A stretch of DNA of 64,000 nucleotides from Planctomycetota bacterium. GTDB taxonomy: Bacteria > Planctomycetota > UBA1135 > UBA2386. The notes under the pieces were generated by a model. It worked only from the letters and a program-made list of their open reading frames with translations. It ran no database searches and was not told the origin of the DNA. Positions 9,573 through 19,276 of the stretch are shown piece by piece. Both the position numbers and the translations under genes were made by a program. Position 1 is the stretch's first letter; every line of letters begins with the position of its first letter. The stretch spans positions 300,297 to 364,296 of the forward strand of contig CANMWZ010000001.1 of NCBI GenBank assembly GCA_947501605.1. The letters are read 5' to 3'.

Positions 9573-10859
9573 CAGACCTTCGACGGGTGGCGCCCCCACG
9601 CCAGGCGTCGGCCGCCCGGTAGATACCCGCCGTAGCGCCAGCATTCCGACTGCACTGGCGACGCACAGCGAGCCGGCGACGACGAACGGCAGCCGCAGGT
9701 TGGCGTGCTCCGAGGTCGCATCGATGCGCGCCAAATGACTGCCGAACCAGGGGCCGAGGGCAAACCCGAACTGCATGCAACTCTGCACCAACGAGAATGC
9801 GAACGTGCGCCGTTCGGGCTGCACGCGCCGGCTGGCCGCGGCGTAGGCCAAGGTCATCGATCCCGCCATGAAGCAGGCCGATACGCTGCGCAAGGACAGG
9901 AAGCCGCCGATGCCCTCGACCGTCGCCGTCGCGATCTGGGTAGCGCCGAGCACGAGCGCCAGCCACGACAAGCACCGGAGCGGACCAAGGCGATCGGACG
10001 CACGGCCCCAGACCGGCGTGAACACCACCTGGGCCACCGCCAGGATGGTGAAGGCCATTCCGATCGTGCGTTCGAGCGCCACCGATTCGGAACCGCAAAC
10101 GTTGAGCATGAACGACGGTGGACCGAGCTCGCGCACGAACAGCGCCACGAACGGCTCGAGCATGTTCTGCCCCAGACGCAGCAACAGGATCAGCAGCAGC
10201 AACGTCGCGAACACGCGATTGCCGAGCAGAGACCTGCACGCTTGGCGGAACTCGCTGAAGAATGACACTCCTGCCATTCGCTTCGGCGGCTGCGTCTCAC
10301 GGGCGTAGCGCAGCAGGACGCAGCCGGCGATGCCCGTGAGTGCCGAGGTGCACCACAAGACCGCGTGGCGGCCGTAGAGCAGCGTGACCTCGCTGCCGAG
10401 GAGCGGCCCGAGCCCGGCTCCCAGCGCCATCGCTGCCTGCAGCGAGCCGATCGTTCGTCCCTGCCGCCCCGCTGGAGCGTCTTGCGCAACGAGGGACATC
10501 GCCGGAGCGACATAGCCCGCAAGCGCTCCTTGGACCATGCGAAGCACCAGCAACACCGCGATCGACGGCGCGAACGGCATGAACGCGGTCGTGATGCAGA
10601 TGGCGAAGTTGGCGCGCACCGCCATGACCTTCTTGCCCCAGCGATCGCCGAGTGCACCCCAGACGGGCCCCACGATCGCAGCACTCAACGGCGCCGCGCC
10701 GTAGACAAGGCTCCCCCAGAACGTCAACTCGACCGGGTCCGTGATGCCGTAGCGCTCGCCGACATAGATCGCCAGCACGGGCAGGAACGCCATCAAACCC
10801 ATCGACGTCGTGAACAGAGCAGTCCAGACGGCCAGGTAGTTCTTACGCCAGGGTTCCAC
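9570..10859 (-). CDS. MFS transporter (DHA1 / MdtG-like)
   Basis: About 12 hydrophobic segments. Motif A occurs twice (WGALGDRWGKK, WGRASDRLG); also LRMVQGALAG. Confidence 0.93.
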   Translation of the reverse strand: MEPWRKNYLAVWTALFTTSMGLMAFLPVLAIYVGERYGITDPVELTFWGSLVYGAAPLSAAIVGPVWGALGDRWGKKVMAVRANFAICITTAFMPFAPSIAVLLVLRMVQGALAGYVAPAMSLVAQDAPAGRQGRTIGSLQAAMALGAGLGPLLGSEVTLLYGRHAVLWCTSALTGIAGCVLLRYARETQPPKRMAGVSFFSEFRQACRSLLGNRVFATLLLLILLLRLGQNMLEPFVALFVRELGPPSFMLNVCGSESVALERTIGMAFTILAVAQVVFTPVWGRASDRLGPLRCLSWLALVLGATQIATATVEGIGGFLSLRSVSACFMAGSMTLAYAAASRRVQPERRTFAFSLVQSCMQFGFALGPWFGSHLARIDATSEHANLRLPFVVAGSLCVASAVGMLALRRVSTGRPTPGVGAPPVEGL

Positions 10860-10961
10860 GCGGAGTTCGAGCGGTCCCTTCTACCTTGCTCAGTGCAGCA
10901 GGGCTCGCGGGATTCTCGGGAGGGTCGTGCCGGAATGCAGGCCGTCGCTCCCCCTGTGGAT

Positions 10962-12188
10962 ATGCGCACCGTGATGTTGGCAGTGCTCGCCGTCTTGCAA
11001 CCGCTGTGGCTCGCTCTCCCCTCGTTCCTTGCCATCGCCATGGCCACGTCCACCCGTTCCCAAGAATTGTCGCTGTCGCGACTCGAGCTCGAGCCGACAT
11101 CGCTCGCCGCATTTGTGCGTCGAAAGGCCGCAGTGCTGCATCGCCATCGCGATCAGGCCAGGACCTCGCGAGAGCGCATGGGCCCGCTGCTGGCATGGCT
11201 CTGGCTCGGTCGGCACGACCTTGCACGCGCCGAACTCAACGCCGCCACTCGGGCAAGTGCGGTGCCGACCAGTGACGACGATGCCTGGCTGTTGATCCAA
11301 CACTACTGGACCTTGCGCGCGACCCGCGACCATGACGCTCTGGCCACAGCTTGGCCGCAACTGGCAGCCGCGGCAGGGCGAGTTGCAGGGGGGAGCACGG
11401 AGGGCACCAAAGGGCCATCCTACGACGGCGCCGTGTTGCGGCTTCAGGGGTTGGCATGCGCCGGCCTGCTCGCGGCAGCGAGCGGCGACGAACGCCTGCA
11501 GACGACCTTCGACCTGAGAGCACGCGCTCTGCTCGACCAACTCGAAGCGAGCTACTGGTCGCCGACAGACGGTTGCTTTGCGGACGCAGCGACCGGTGGG
11601 ACTCCCGTGAGTTTGTTCGCGTGCTCGATCGGCATGCTGACGACGACCGCGGATCGCACAGAACGTCACGCGCGACTTGGCTTGCGCCAGCGTGGCGGTG
11701 GCAGCAGCGGCACCAGCGACGTCGAGGCCACACTCGTCGCCCTGGCGCAGTTTGATGGTGCGCGCGCGACGGCGCTCGAGGCCTTGTTGGCAGACCCGAG
11801 TGAGTCTCCCACTCGAGCCGGCCTGGCCATCGACGCAGTCCTGTTTGCCACGACGGGACTGCGCATGGCGACCGGCCCAGGCATCGACGAAGCATGGGTG
11901 CGGTTGCGGCCATTCGTACCGAGTGCCAGCGATCGCCTCGTGGTCCGCGGACTCATGCACGACGGGTGGACCTGCGACCTGTCCTGCGACCGCAGCGGCG
12001 AAGAGACTGTTGGGCGCTACACCCTGCACAGCCAGCGGCCGGGCTGCTCGTGGCGACAGTTGGTGGTGCACCAGGACCGCCGCACGTTTGTCGCCGCGGC
12101 GATCGACGGCGAGGCCATCGAGCTCAGGTCGATGGCCGTCGCGCGCGAAGATCTGCTCGCGCCGCCTACTTCGAGCCGGAGTCGATGA
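10962..12188 (+). CDS. Secreted hypothetical protein, possibly a degenerate six-hairpin glycosidase-like fold
   Basis: Hydrophobic N-terminus. DDDAWLLIQHYWTLRATRD and LEASYWSPTDGCFAD resemble (alpha/alpha)6 glycosidase segments. Start uncertain (10935 is an alternative). Confidence 0.55.
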   Translation: MRTVMLAVLAVLQPLWLALPSFLAIAMATSTRSQELSLSRLELEPTSLAAFVRRKAAVLHRHRDQARTSRERMGPLLAWLWLGRHDLARAELNAATRASAVPTSDDDAWLLIQHYWTLRATRDHDALATAWPQLAAAAGRVAGGSTEGTKGPSYDGAVLRLQGLACAGLLAAASGDERLQTTFDLRARALLDQLEASYWSPTDGCFADAATGGTPVSLFACSIGMLTTTADRTERHARLGLRQRGGGSSGTSDVEATLVALAQFDGARATALEALLADPSESPTRAGLAIDAVLFATTGLRMATGPGIDEAWVRLRPFVPSASDRLVVRGLMHDGWTCDLSCDRSGEETVGRYTLHSQRPGCSWRQLVVHQDRRTFVAAAIDGEAIELRSMAVAREDLLAPPTSSRSR

Positions 12189-13545
12189 CGATCACCAGCC
12201 GCATCGTGGCTGACATTGGATTGGCCATCGATCCGGCACCGCCCCCCTGAGTTGCCCCGATCGGGCTAGGCGAAGTCGGACCTGTGGAAGGACGACCAGC
12301 GGAACCAACGGGTGCGGCTTCGCCGACAGCAGTTTCGCCGACGGCAGCTTCGCGATCCGCTGCCGCCACCCGGCCAACCGACTTGGCTCGGGCACCGTCC
12401 ACCTCGGCCACCGGCTCTTGCTCCAGCTTCGACGCCGGCTTGAATGCCAGCACCTCGGCCATCGCGATTTCGCCGTTGGTGACTTCGTAGCCATGGCTGC
12501 GGCCTGTGTCGGAGAGTCGACCGAGAAAGGCATAGACGTCGGCACTGCGGCCTTCGATCAACCACGCCTGAATCGTCGGGCTCGCGCCGCGGGACTCGCC
12601 GCCAATGCGACCGAGGTCGCCCGGCACCGCGGGCAGGCGCTGCACCTGCAGGCTACCGAGCGTCTTGTCGAGTTCCGCCAACCCGGCGAGCAGGCCGGCG
12701 ACGGGGCCGTCGGGTGGAGCCGAGCCCGCAGCAGGAGCCGCACCGCGCGGCATTGTCTTCTCTCTGGCCTCAGCACTCTTGCTCGCGACGCTATCGGGCA
12801 GGCGGCGCAGCACGACGCGAGGCACCATCGTCTTCGGCGCGTCGACTGGAGGGGCAGGCGCGCCAAAGAGACCAGCCGAGCCCGCGGGCGATGCGGAACC
12901 TCCATCGGCCTCCAGCACATGGAGATCTGCGATGGCCGCATCCTTCTTCAGTCGCAGCGCTTCAGGGGCATTCTGCTCCTGCCCCACGGCGGCAGCGTCT
13001 CGATCGGCCCTGCCGGCCTTGGTGTTCGTCGCACTGCCGTAGGCCCTGAGCTTGACATCCATGGGTTCCGCGTTCGCTGGCTCCCCCAGCCCGCCATTCC
13101 GATCCTCACTCTTCGACTCAGACTCCTGTCTCTTGTCCTTCGTCGCCAACGACGTGTCATCCAGAGTGGCGGTCTGCAACGTTGCACTCGGCTGCCAACG
13201 ATCGAGTGCCACCATCAGCAGGAGCATCGCCGCGGCCACGAGACCACTGCGCCACCAAGCACTCGGCAGCGACCGCGGGATCGGCATCGGCGAGACTCGC
13301 GAGGGATCACTCGAGGGGTTCTGGATGCGGGCAAGGACGGCGTCGGCGACATCGATCTTGACCATCGGCTGCGAAAACGCTTGGCCAACACTCTGTGCCG
13401 TGCGGCGATAGGCTTCGGCGCGCTCGCGAAGCGGCTTGCTGACACGCATCTCGGCCTCGAAGCGCTCACGCTCCCGCGGCGTCATCTGGCCGTCAATCCA
13501 GTCGGCGAAGCGTTCGTCCCCATCTCCTTGCATTGGCTTGGTCAC
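12166..13545 (-). CDS. Anti-sigma factor (transmembrane)
   Basis: GTG at 13545 overlaps the sigma factor stop (alternative ATG at 13533). N-terminal FADWIDGQMTPRERERFEAEM resembles an anti-sigma domain. One TM helix and a low-complexity periplasmic tail. Confidence 0.8.
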   Translation of the reverse strand: MTKPMQGDGDERFADWIDGQMTPRERERFEAEMRVSKPLRERAEAYRRTAQSVGQAFSQPMVKIDVADAVLARIQNPSSDPSRVSPMPIPRSLPSAWWRSGLVAAAMLLLMVALDRWQPSATLQTATLDDTSLATKDKRQESESKSEDRNGGLGEPANAEPMDVKLRAYGSATNTKAGRADRDAAAVGQEQNAPEALRLKKDAAIADLHVLEADGGSASPAGSAGLFGAPAPPVDAPKTMVPRVVLRRLPDSVASKSAEAREKTMPRGAAPAAGSAPPDGPVAGLLAGLAELDKTLGSLQVQRLPAVPGDLGRIGGESRGASPTIQAWLIEGRSADVYAFLGRLSDTGRSHGYEVTNGEIAMAEVLAFKPASKLEQEPVAEVDGARAKSVGRVAAADREAAVGETAVGEAAPVGSAGRPSTGPTSPSPIGATQGGGAGSMANPMSATMRLVIVIDSGSK

Positions 13546-14234
13546 GGCTGGAACCCCTGCAACATCTGCTGCAACAGCACGCGACCGCGATGGATGCGCG
13601 ACCGCACCGTGCCGGCGGCGATACCCAGTGCGGTACCGATCTCCTCGTACGACAGACCTTCGAGGTCGCGCAGCACCACGGCCGCGCGGAACTCCTCGGG
13701 GAGGTCGTGCACGCAGGCTCGGACGCGAGCGAGGAACTCCCTCTGGTGCGACAGCTCGCCCGGGTCGCGTTCGCGTCCGGCCGGATCGAGGAACAGATCG
13801 TCGGTCCCGCCGATCGGCGCATCGATGGACAAGGGTCGCGGGCCTCGCTTCTGGGCTCGCCGCGCGCGGTACTCGGTGATCGACACGTTGGTCGCGATGG
13901 TGTGGATCCAGGCAAACAGATTCTGGCCGTCGAAAGACGGCAGGCCCTTCCATACGCGCACGAAGACCTCCTGGCAGATGTCTTCGGCGGCGCTTCGATC
14001 ACAACGCAGTACAGCGATCACGACACGGGTCACTCGGTCTTGGAAGGTCTCGATCAGCCGTCGAAACGCGTCCATGTCACCCTTGCCTGCCAGCCTTGCC
14101 AGCGTGTGGGCCTGTTCGCGCAACTCGGGCGCGGCGGCGACCACCAGCGGCGGGCGTCCTCCGGGCGAGGGGGGCGACGAACGCAACTCACTAGGAGCGG
14201 TTCCAGACAGCTCAGGTTCTCGTTCGGCGGTCAC
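13542..14234 (-). CDS. ECF-family RNA polymerase sigma-70 factor
   Basis: Region 2 AEDICQEVFVRVWKGL...WIHTIATN. Region 4 LRDLEGLSYEEIGTALGIAAGTVRSRIHRGR. Confidence 0.95.
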   Translation of the reverse strand: MTAEREPELSGTAPSELRSSPPSPGGRPPLVVAAAPELREQAHTLARLAGKGDMDAFRRLIETFQDRVTRVVIAVLRCDRSAAEDICQEVFVRVWKGLPSFDGQNLFAWIHTIATNVSITEYRARRAQKRGPRPLSIDAPIGGTDDLFLDPAGRERDPGELSHQREFLARVRACVHDLPEEFRAAVVLRDLEGLSYEEIGTALGIAAGTVRSRIHRGRVLLQQMLQGFQP

Positions 14235-14344
14235 AAAAGGTCCGAGGCGATGGCAAGTCGGGCAGCGCGGGCCGCGGAGTACCCGGTGCGAGGCGGAGAG
14301 GATATCGTGCGCCGCTCCGGACGCCCCTACTCGAAGCGAACTTC

Positions 14345-14641
14345 ATGCCGAAGGACCTCTACCAGTTTCCGTGCCCCTGCTGCAGCAAGCAGATCGAAAT
14401 CGACATCCGCTCAGGCCGCACGCGTGCGGTAAAGCCGAGCGAACAGAAAGGTGGCCAAGACCTCGACGGGCTGCTGCAGAAACACCAGCGCGAGTCGGAG
14501 CGGCTCGGCCAGTTGTTCGACCAAGCAAAACAAGGGCAAGGCAACCAGAAGAAAGCACTCGAGGACCTTCTCGATCGGGCCAAGGAAGACGCCAAGAAGA
14601 ACAAGGACGAGAAGCTGAATCGACCGTGGGACCTCGAGTGA
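14345..14641 (+). CDS. Small hypothetical protein with CPCC knuckle and coiled coil
   Basis: FPCPCCSKQIEID N-terminus, charged helical C-terminus, codon usage typical of the host. Confidence 0.8.
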   Translation: MPKDLYQFPCPCCSKQIEIDIRSGRTRAVKPSEQKGGQDLDGLLQKHQRESERLGQLFDQAKQGQGNQKKALEDLLDRAKEDAKKNKDEKLNRPWDLE

Positions 14642-14680
14642 CTTCGGCACCGCGAACGCGCCACTGAGTGCCGCAGACCT

Positions 14681-16171
14681 TCACTGATCGCGCAAGCGCT
14701 GAACGACCCTATCCCCCTCGGCCGTCCACTGCGGCCGCGCCGCGCGATCGGCGAATGCCCGGACGACGTGCTCCATGCCCTGGATGACAGCCGTCATGTG
14801 CGGGACGTCGATGCGCGAGACCTCGTCAGACGGGCGGTGGTAGTCGGCATGAAGGGAACCGGCGCTGATCGAATGCGCGACGATCCCTTTGCGCACGAAC
14901 GACAGGTTGTCGCTCTGCGCAAACAGCGCCTTGGCCTGTTGGAACTCGATCACCTCGATGCCGCCTTGTTGCAGCGCCTCGGTCGCGATCGCCGCGAAGT
15001 CCGAGTAGTCCGCGCCGGTGATCCACGCACTCTTCCGTTTCCCCTCCTGAGGACGACCGAGCATCTCGATGTTGATGTTGGCGACGATCGACTCGAGCGG
15101 GAACGGCGGCGAGTCAGCAAAGGCAGCCGAACCTCGCAGCCCCTTCTCCTCGGCAGAGAAACAGACGAACGCAATCGATCGCTCGGACCGCGGATCCTGC
15201 GCCATCTTTTCGGCCAGCAGCACTACGGCGGTCGTGCCCGTAGCGTCGTCGTCGGCGCCGTTGCAGATCGCATCGCCATCGACGGGAATCGTCGTGCCAA
15301 TGTGGTCGTAGTGCGCCGAAACAACGACGTACTCGTCGGGCTTCACCGCGCCACGAAGCACGCCAACCACGTTGCTGAGCGGGATGTCGACGGGAGTCGA
15401 GGCCGCGCCGATCCACTCGATCGACCACGACGGCGGTTGCGCATCCGTGCCACGAGGGGCGTTCGTCGCGCCCTCCTGGGCCTTCAGCACGGATTCGGGG
15501 AGAGCCTTGTCGCGCACCAAGAAGACGGGGGCCGAGTTGCGCAACCGGCGGGACAGCAAGTCGCGCGACCCGGCGCATGCGACCCACATCGGATGGTCCT
15601 CGGCAACCACGACGACCGTTGGCTTGCGGCTACCGCCCCTCTGCAGAACATTTGGCAGGCGCGGATCGGACGGTAGCACCACGGTCGCGTCGACGGCAGC
15701 GCCGTCGGCCTCGGCGCTGCCCGCCAGCAATCGGACATCGACGTCCCCCTTCCACTCGATCTCCTTGCCGACGCCGTCGACCGACAACTTGGCCTTCAAC
15801 ACCAGCATCGTCGAGTCGAGTCGCTGGCCCGGCAGCGTGTAGGTGTGGCGGAATGCGGTCCCAGTGCCCGGCGCGAGCCCAGCCTTCTTGAAGCGCTCTA
15901 CGAGCCATTCGGCCGACGCCTCGAGGCCGGGGCTCGGGCAATCGCGCCCGTTCCGCTCGTCGCTCGCAAGCCACGTGAGACTCTCGCGGACTCGCGCCTC
16001 GGTGATCGGCGCCGGCTCGCGCTTCAACTCGGCGGCTTCGTCGGGAGACTGCACTTCGAGTGGCCGTGGCGCCACCGACGGCGAAGCCGGCGCAGTGCTC
16101 TGGGCCAAGGCAGCCGCAGCGACGAACAGCGGCGACAACAGGCGGGACCAAATCGTGGGATCGTGCTTCAT
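14681..16171 (-). CDS. Secreted M28-family metallopeptidase
   Basis: Signal peptide. Zinc motifs SAHYDH, NGADDDATG, FSAEEKGLRGS, SDN, DYHRPSDE. Confidence 0.93.
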   Translation of the reverse strand: MKHDPTIWSRLLSPLFVAAAALAQSTAPASPSVAPRPLEVQSPDEAAELKREPAPITEARVRESLTWLASDERNGRDCPSPGLEASAEWLVERFKKAGLAPGTGTAFRHTYTLPGQRLDSTMLVLKAKLSVDGVGKEIEWKGDVDVRLLAGSAEADGAAVDATVVLPSDPRLPNVLQRGGSRKPTVVVVAEDHPMWVACAGSRDLLSRRLRNSAPVFLVRDKALPESVLKAQEGATNAPRGTDAQPPSWSIEWIGAASTPVDIPLSNVVGVLRGAVKPDEYVVVSAHYDHIGTTIPVDGDAICNGADDDATGTTAVVLLAEKMAQDPRSERSIAFVCFSAEEKGLRGSAAFADSPPFPLESIVANINIEMLGRPQEGKRKSAWITGADYSDFAAIATEALQQGGIEVIEFQQAKALFAQSDNLSFVRKGIVAHSISAGSLHADYHRPSDEVSRIDVPHMTAVIQGMEHVVRAFADRAARPQWTAEGDRVVQRLRDQ

Positions 16172-17007
16172 GCGGGTCCGGGTAGGTCAGCTTCGTGCCA
16201 GGAACCCTGGCGATAGCCGAGCAGATCGAGGGTGACATGCGCATAGCCGACGCTGCGAATGCCGCGCGCGAGGTCGACGCGCCGAGCGATGGCGTGGGCC
16301 AACTCGTCCGGACCGAGTTCGAGCCGCGCAAGGTCCCCATGGTGACGCACACGGAACTGGCGGAAGCCGAGTTCGCGCAGCACGTGCTCGGCCTGTTCGA
16401 TGCGCAGCAGCAGCGCGCGATCGATCGCGGTACCGTGCGGCACGCGGGACGAAAGGCAGGCAAAGCTCGGCTTGTCGGCCGTGCGCAGCAAGGCGTCCCG
16501 GCTGTAGCGACGCACGTCCGTCTTGTAGAAGCCGGCGTCGATCAATGGCGCGAGCACTCCGTGCTCCTGCGCCGCCTTCTGTCCTGGTCGATGATCCCCA
16601 AGGTCGTCCATGATCGCGCCATAGACGACGGGCCAATCGGCGGGCGCAACCTCGGCGCGTCGCCGCGCGACGGTGACAAACAGCTCCTTCTTGCAATGGT
16701 AGCAGCGGTCGCCGTCGTTCTTGCGGTAGTCGGCCTGCTCGAGCTCGTGGGTTGCCAGGACCACGTGGCGCGAGCCGAGTTCGCGGGCAATCGCTCTTGC
16801 CTCGTCGAGTTCGGCCCGCGGCAACGACGGCGAATCTGCGGTCACCGCGACGGCACGATCGCCGAGCGCCGCGATGCAGGCGTGCAGCAACATCGTGCTA
16901 TCGACGCCAGCCGAGAAGGCGACGATGGCGCCCGGCAAGGCGGCAAGGCGCTGCTGCAGGGCCAGGAGCCTCGGCGCGTAGTCAGGGTCGATGGCGGTAT
17001 CGGTCAC
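16168..17007 (-). CDS. larE: LarE-family ATP-dependent sulfur transferase (PP-loop)
   Basis: AFSAGVDS PP-loop, RCYHCKKELF, DDLGDHRPG, DKPSFACLSSRVPHG, FRVRHHG. GTG start at 17007. Confidence 0.9.
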   Translation of the reverse strand: MTDTAIDPDYAPRLLALQQRLAALPGAIVAFSAGVDSTMLLHACIAALGDRAVAVTADSPSLPRAELDEARAIARELGSRHVVLATHELEQADYRKNDGDRCYHCKKELFVTVARRRAEVAPADWPVVYGAIMDDLGDHRPGQKAAQEHGVLAPLIDAGFYKTDVRRYSRDALLRTADKPSFACLSSRVPHGTAIDRALLLRIEQAEHVLRELGFRQFRVRHHGDLARLELGPDELAHAIARRVDLARGIRSVGYAHVTLDLLGYRQGSWHEADLPGPA

Positions 17008-17032
17008 GTGGTTCTCGCAGCAGCCAGCAAAC

Positions 17033-19198
17033 TCAGCGGCCCAGACCAGGGTGGCCCAGACCAGGGTGGCCCAAACCCGAAGAACCCGAACCCGAGGCAC
17101 CCGGCCCAGATGCTGGCGGGGACAACGGCCCCTCGAGTCGCGTCACCCACGCCCGCAACACCTCGCCGCCGCCCGCGAGAATCTCGTCGCGACGCTGCTG
17201 CCACAGAGGCTCGAGTCCGAGCACTCGCAGCACCGGGAGCGCCGTGCGCGCAAAGGGACTATTGGCCGGTTCGACGCGGAACAACTCGGCGAACGGGGCG
17301 GCGAGCTCGCGGTGGACCTTGGAACCAATCGTCGCATCGGCGGCGAGCGCTGCCGACAACAGCATGCGCGCCTGCACACTGCGACGTTCGTCGAGCGCTA
17401 GCGCGAGGATCCACTCGAGGATCGCGCGGTGCCCATAGACGCGATTCTTGGGCATGGCTCCTTGCGCGGCAATCACCAGTGCTGCGAGTTGCGCCTGGGC
17501 GGTCGCGTAGCGGTCCCAGAACACCGCGTCGCCGACCTGCGGTGCAAGCTCGCGAGGACCACCGACAAGCGGCGATAGTTCGGCCAGCAACTGCAGGAAG
17601 ACCGGCCCGAGCTTGCCATCATCGCCGGTCGCGGTGGCGTGGCCGATGCGTTGCTTGGTGGCGGTGTCGTAGACCCACAGATCGACCCGCCGTTGGCTGC
17701 CGTCCGGCCGCACGCTACCCGTGACGATGCGCGTGCACTGACGTTCGCGATCGGTCAGCAGTTCGGCGAGCTTGTCCTCGGCCCACGGCACGCCGGACAC
17801 CACCCAACCGCCACCTTCGACAACTGGCAGCGCCACCGCGGATGGAATGCCGGCCAGCAACCAAAGTTGCTCGGTCAAGAACAGCGGCACGCTCCGCGAC
17901 AGGCGGCCGAGTTCATCCTCGCGCGTGATCTGCGCAGTCTTCAGCCCGTCGCCCAGCACCGCCAGACCCGCGAACAACACCTGCTTGTCGCTCTGCGGAG
18001 GCGGCAGCAGGAACTCGGGTTTGGCCAGCACCGGAAACCACAACGGCCGGTCCATCCGATAGAGCGTGACCTTGGGCGTGCCCTGAATCGGTTCGGCCGC
18101 CGGGACCGTCATCCGCGTGAACTCGGCATCGAACGGACCGAGCTGCGCGTCGAGGGCGCGCTGAAACCGCACGCGCAGCTGGTGCAACAACTCCATGCCA
18201 AGCACGGGTTGCTTCGTTTGCACGTAGTAGGACAGCAGGGCCACACCGATGCCGGGATGATGCTGCTCGAGCCGATAGCGCGGCAGCACGAGCTCGGCGA
18301 TGGCCTCCATTTGGCCGGCGCGGCCAAGGTCGTTGACCATCATGAACAGCACGTCGCTCTCGGTGCCGGCAGCGGCGGCGACGGCACGGTACTCCGCGAG
18401 TGCCGGCGCGATGTTCTGCTGCAGCAGGGCCTGCCGAGCCCGCCACAACTGCGGTCGCCAGGTCTTGGGCAGGGCGCACACTTCTTCGAGCGCCGCTCCA
18501 TACCCGTCTTGACCGCGGCGCTGGTGCTCGAACTGGAGCCAGCCGTGCAGCGCATCCGGGTGGTTGCCGTCCTTCTGCAGCGCTTGCCACAACAGCGCGG
18601 TCGCAGCGGATCGATTGCCTTCCTTCTCGCGGACCATCGCCAGCCCGACCAGCGGCGACACCGACTGCGGCACCTTCTGCTGCAGTTCTTCGAGCGTTCG
18701 GGCGCACGCTTCGAGCTCGCCAACTTCACGCTGCACCGCGGCGAGGATCGACAGCCCACGCTCGTGGTCGGGGTCAAGCGCCGCGAGGCGCAGGGCCGCC
18801 GGCAGCAGATCGCTGGCGAAGCCGTCGCGCAGATACTGCAGGACCATCGCCGCGAGCCGGTCGGGCGCGTGCGCGTAGGATTCGACCAGCTTGGGCAGCA
18901 CCTCCTTGCGCCACTGCTCGCGCGGCAGCGACTGCGGTCGCCCGAAGGCATCGAACATCGTCACCTGAGTCGGCCCTACCGTCGCGGTCGCGGCCGTCGC
19001 CGGCTTGCCTGCAGCCGCGGCCGGCGCACTCGAGTGGTTTCCACTTGGTTGGTTGCCCGCGGACTGCGCCCCAGTTGGACCGCCGGCACTGGCCGAAGGG
19101 CTGGCCGCCCCATGCGTAGCAGTCGGCGGTGGCGTCGGCTGCGGCGTCGGCTGCGGCGTCGGCTGCGGATCGGGCTTCTTGCGGCGAAACAGTCCCAT
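17033..19198 (-). CDS. TPR-containing hypothetical protein with Pro-rich N-terminal linker
   Basis: Real start ATG at 19198 (MGLFRRKK); the longer ORF overlaps the gene on the opposite strand. PQPT repeats and TPR-like helices. Confidence 0.8.
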   Translation of the reverse strand: MGLFRRKKPDPQPTPQPTPQPTPPPTATHGAASPSASAGGPTGAQSAGNQPSGNHSSAPAAAAGKPATAATATVGPTQVTMFDAFGRPQSLPREQWRKEVLPKLVESYAHAPDRLAAMVLQYLRDGFASDLLPAALRLAALDPDHERGLSILAAVQREVGELEACARTLEELQQKVPQSVSPLVGLAMVREKEGNRSAATALLWQALQKDGNHPDALHGWLQFEHQRRGQDGYGAALEEVCALPKTWRPQLWRARQALLQQNIAPALAEYRAVAAAAGTESDVLFMMVNDLGRAGQMEAIAELVLPRYRLEQHHPGIGVALLSYYVQTKQPVLGMELLHQLRVRFQRALDAQLGPFDAEFTRMTVPAAEPIQGTPKVTLYRMDRPLWFPVLAKPEFLLPPPQSDKQVLFAGLAVLGDGLKTAQITREDELGRLSRSVPLFLTEQLWLLAGIPSAVALPVVEGGGWVVSGVPWAEDKLAELLTDRERQCTRIVTGSVRPDGSQRRVDLWVYDTATKQRIGHATATGDDGKLGPVFLQLLAELSPLVGGPRELAPQVGDAVFWDRYATAQAQLAALVIAAQGAMPKNRVYGHRAILEWILALALDERRSVQARMLLSAALAADATIGSKVHRELAAPFAELFRVEPANSPFARTALPVLRVLGLEPLWQQRRDEILAGGGEVLRAWVTRLEGPLSPPASGPGASGSGSSGLGHPGLGHPGLGR
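19131..19168. repeat. 12-bp tandem repeat (GGCGTCGGCTGC x3) encoding PQPT repeats
   Basis: Directly visible in the sequence. Confidence 0.9.
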
Positions 19199-19276
19199 GG
19201 CGGATGGTGCGGAGTCGACGGAGCGCTCCGAGGCTGCCGTTGGCGACGGCAGGGCGGGCACAGTAGCGTCGGGGCG

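Noticed and set aside
12418..14667. Long alternative ORFs, e.g. 749 aa at 12418-14667, 694 aa at 39456-41540, and the N-terminal extensions of 17033-20200 and 17639-20542
   Set aside because: These are antisense or off-frame shadows of well-supported genes, expected in high-GC DNA. They are Arg/Ala/Pro-rich with no motifs.
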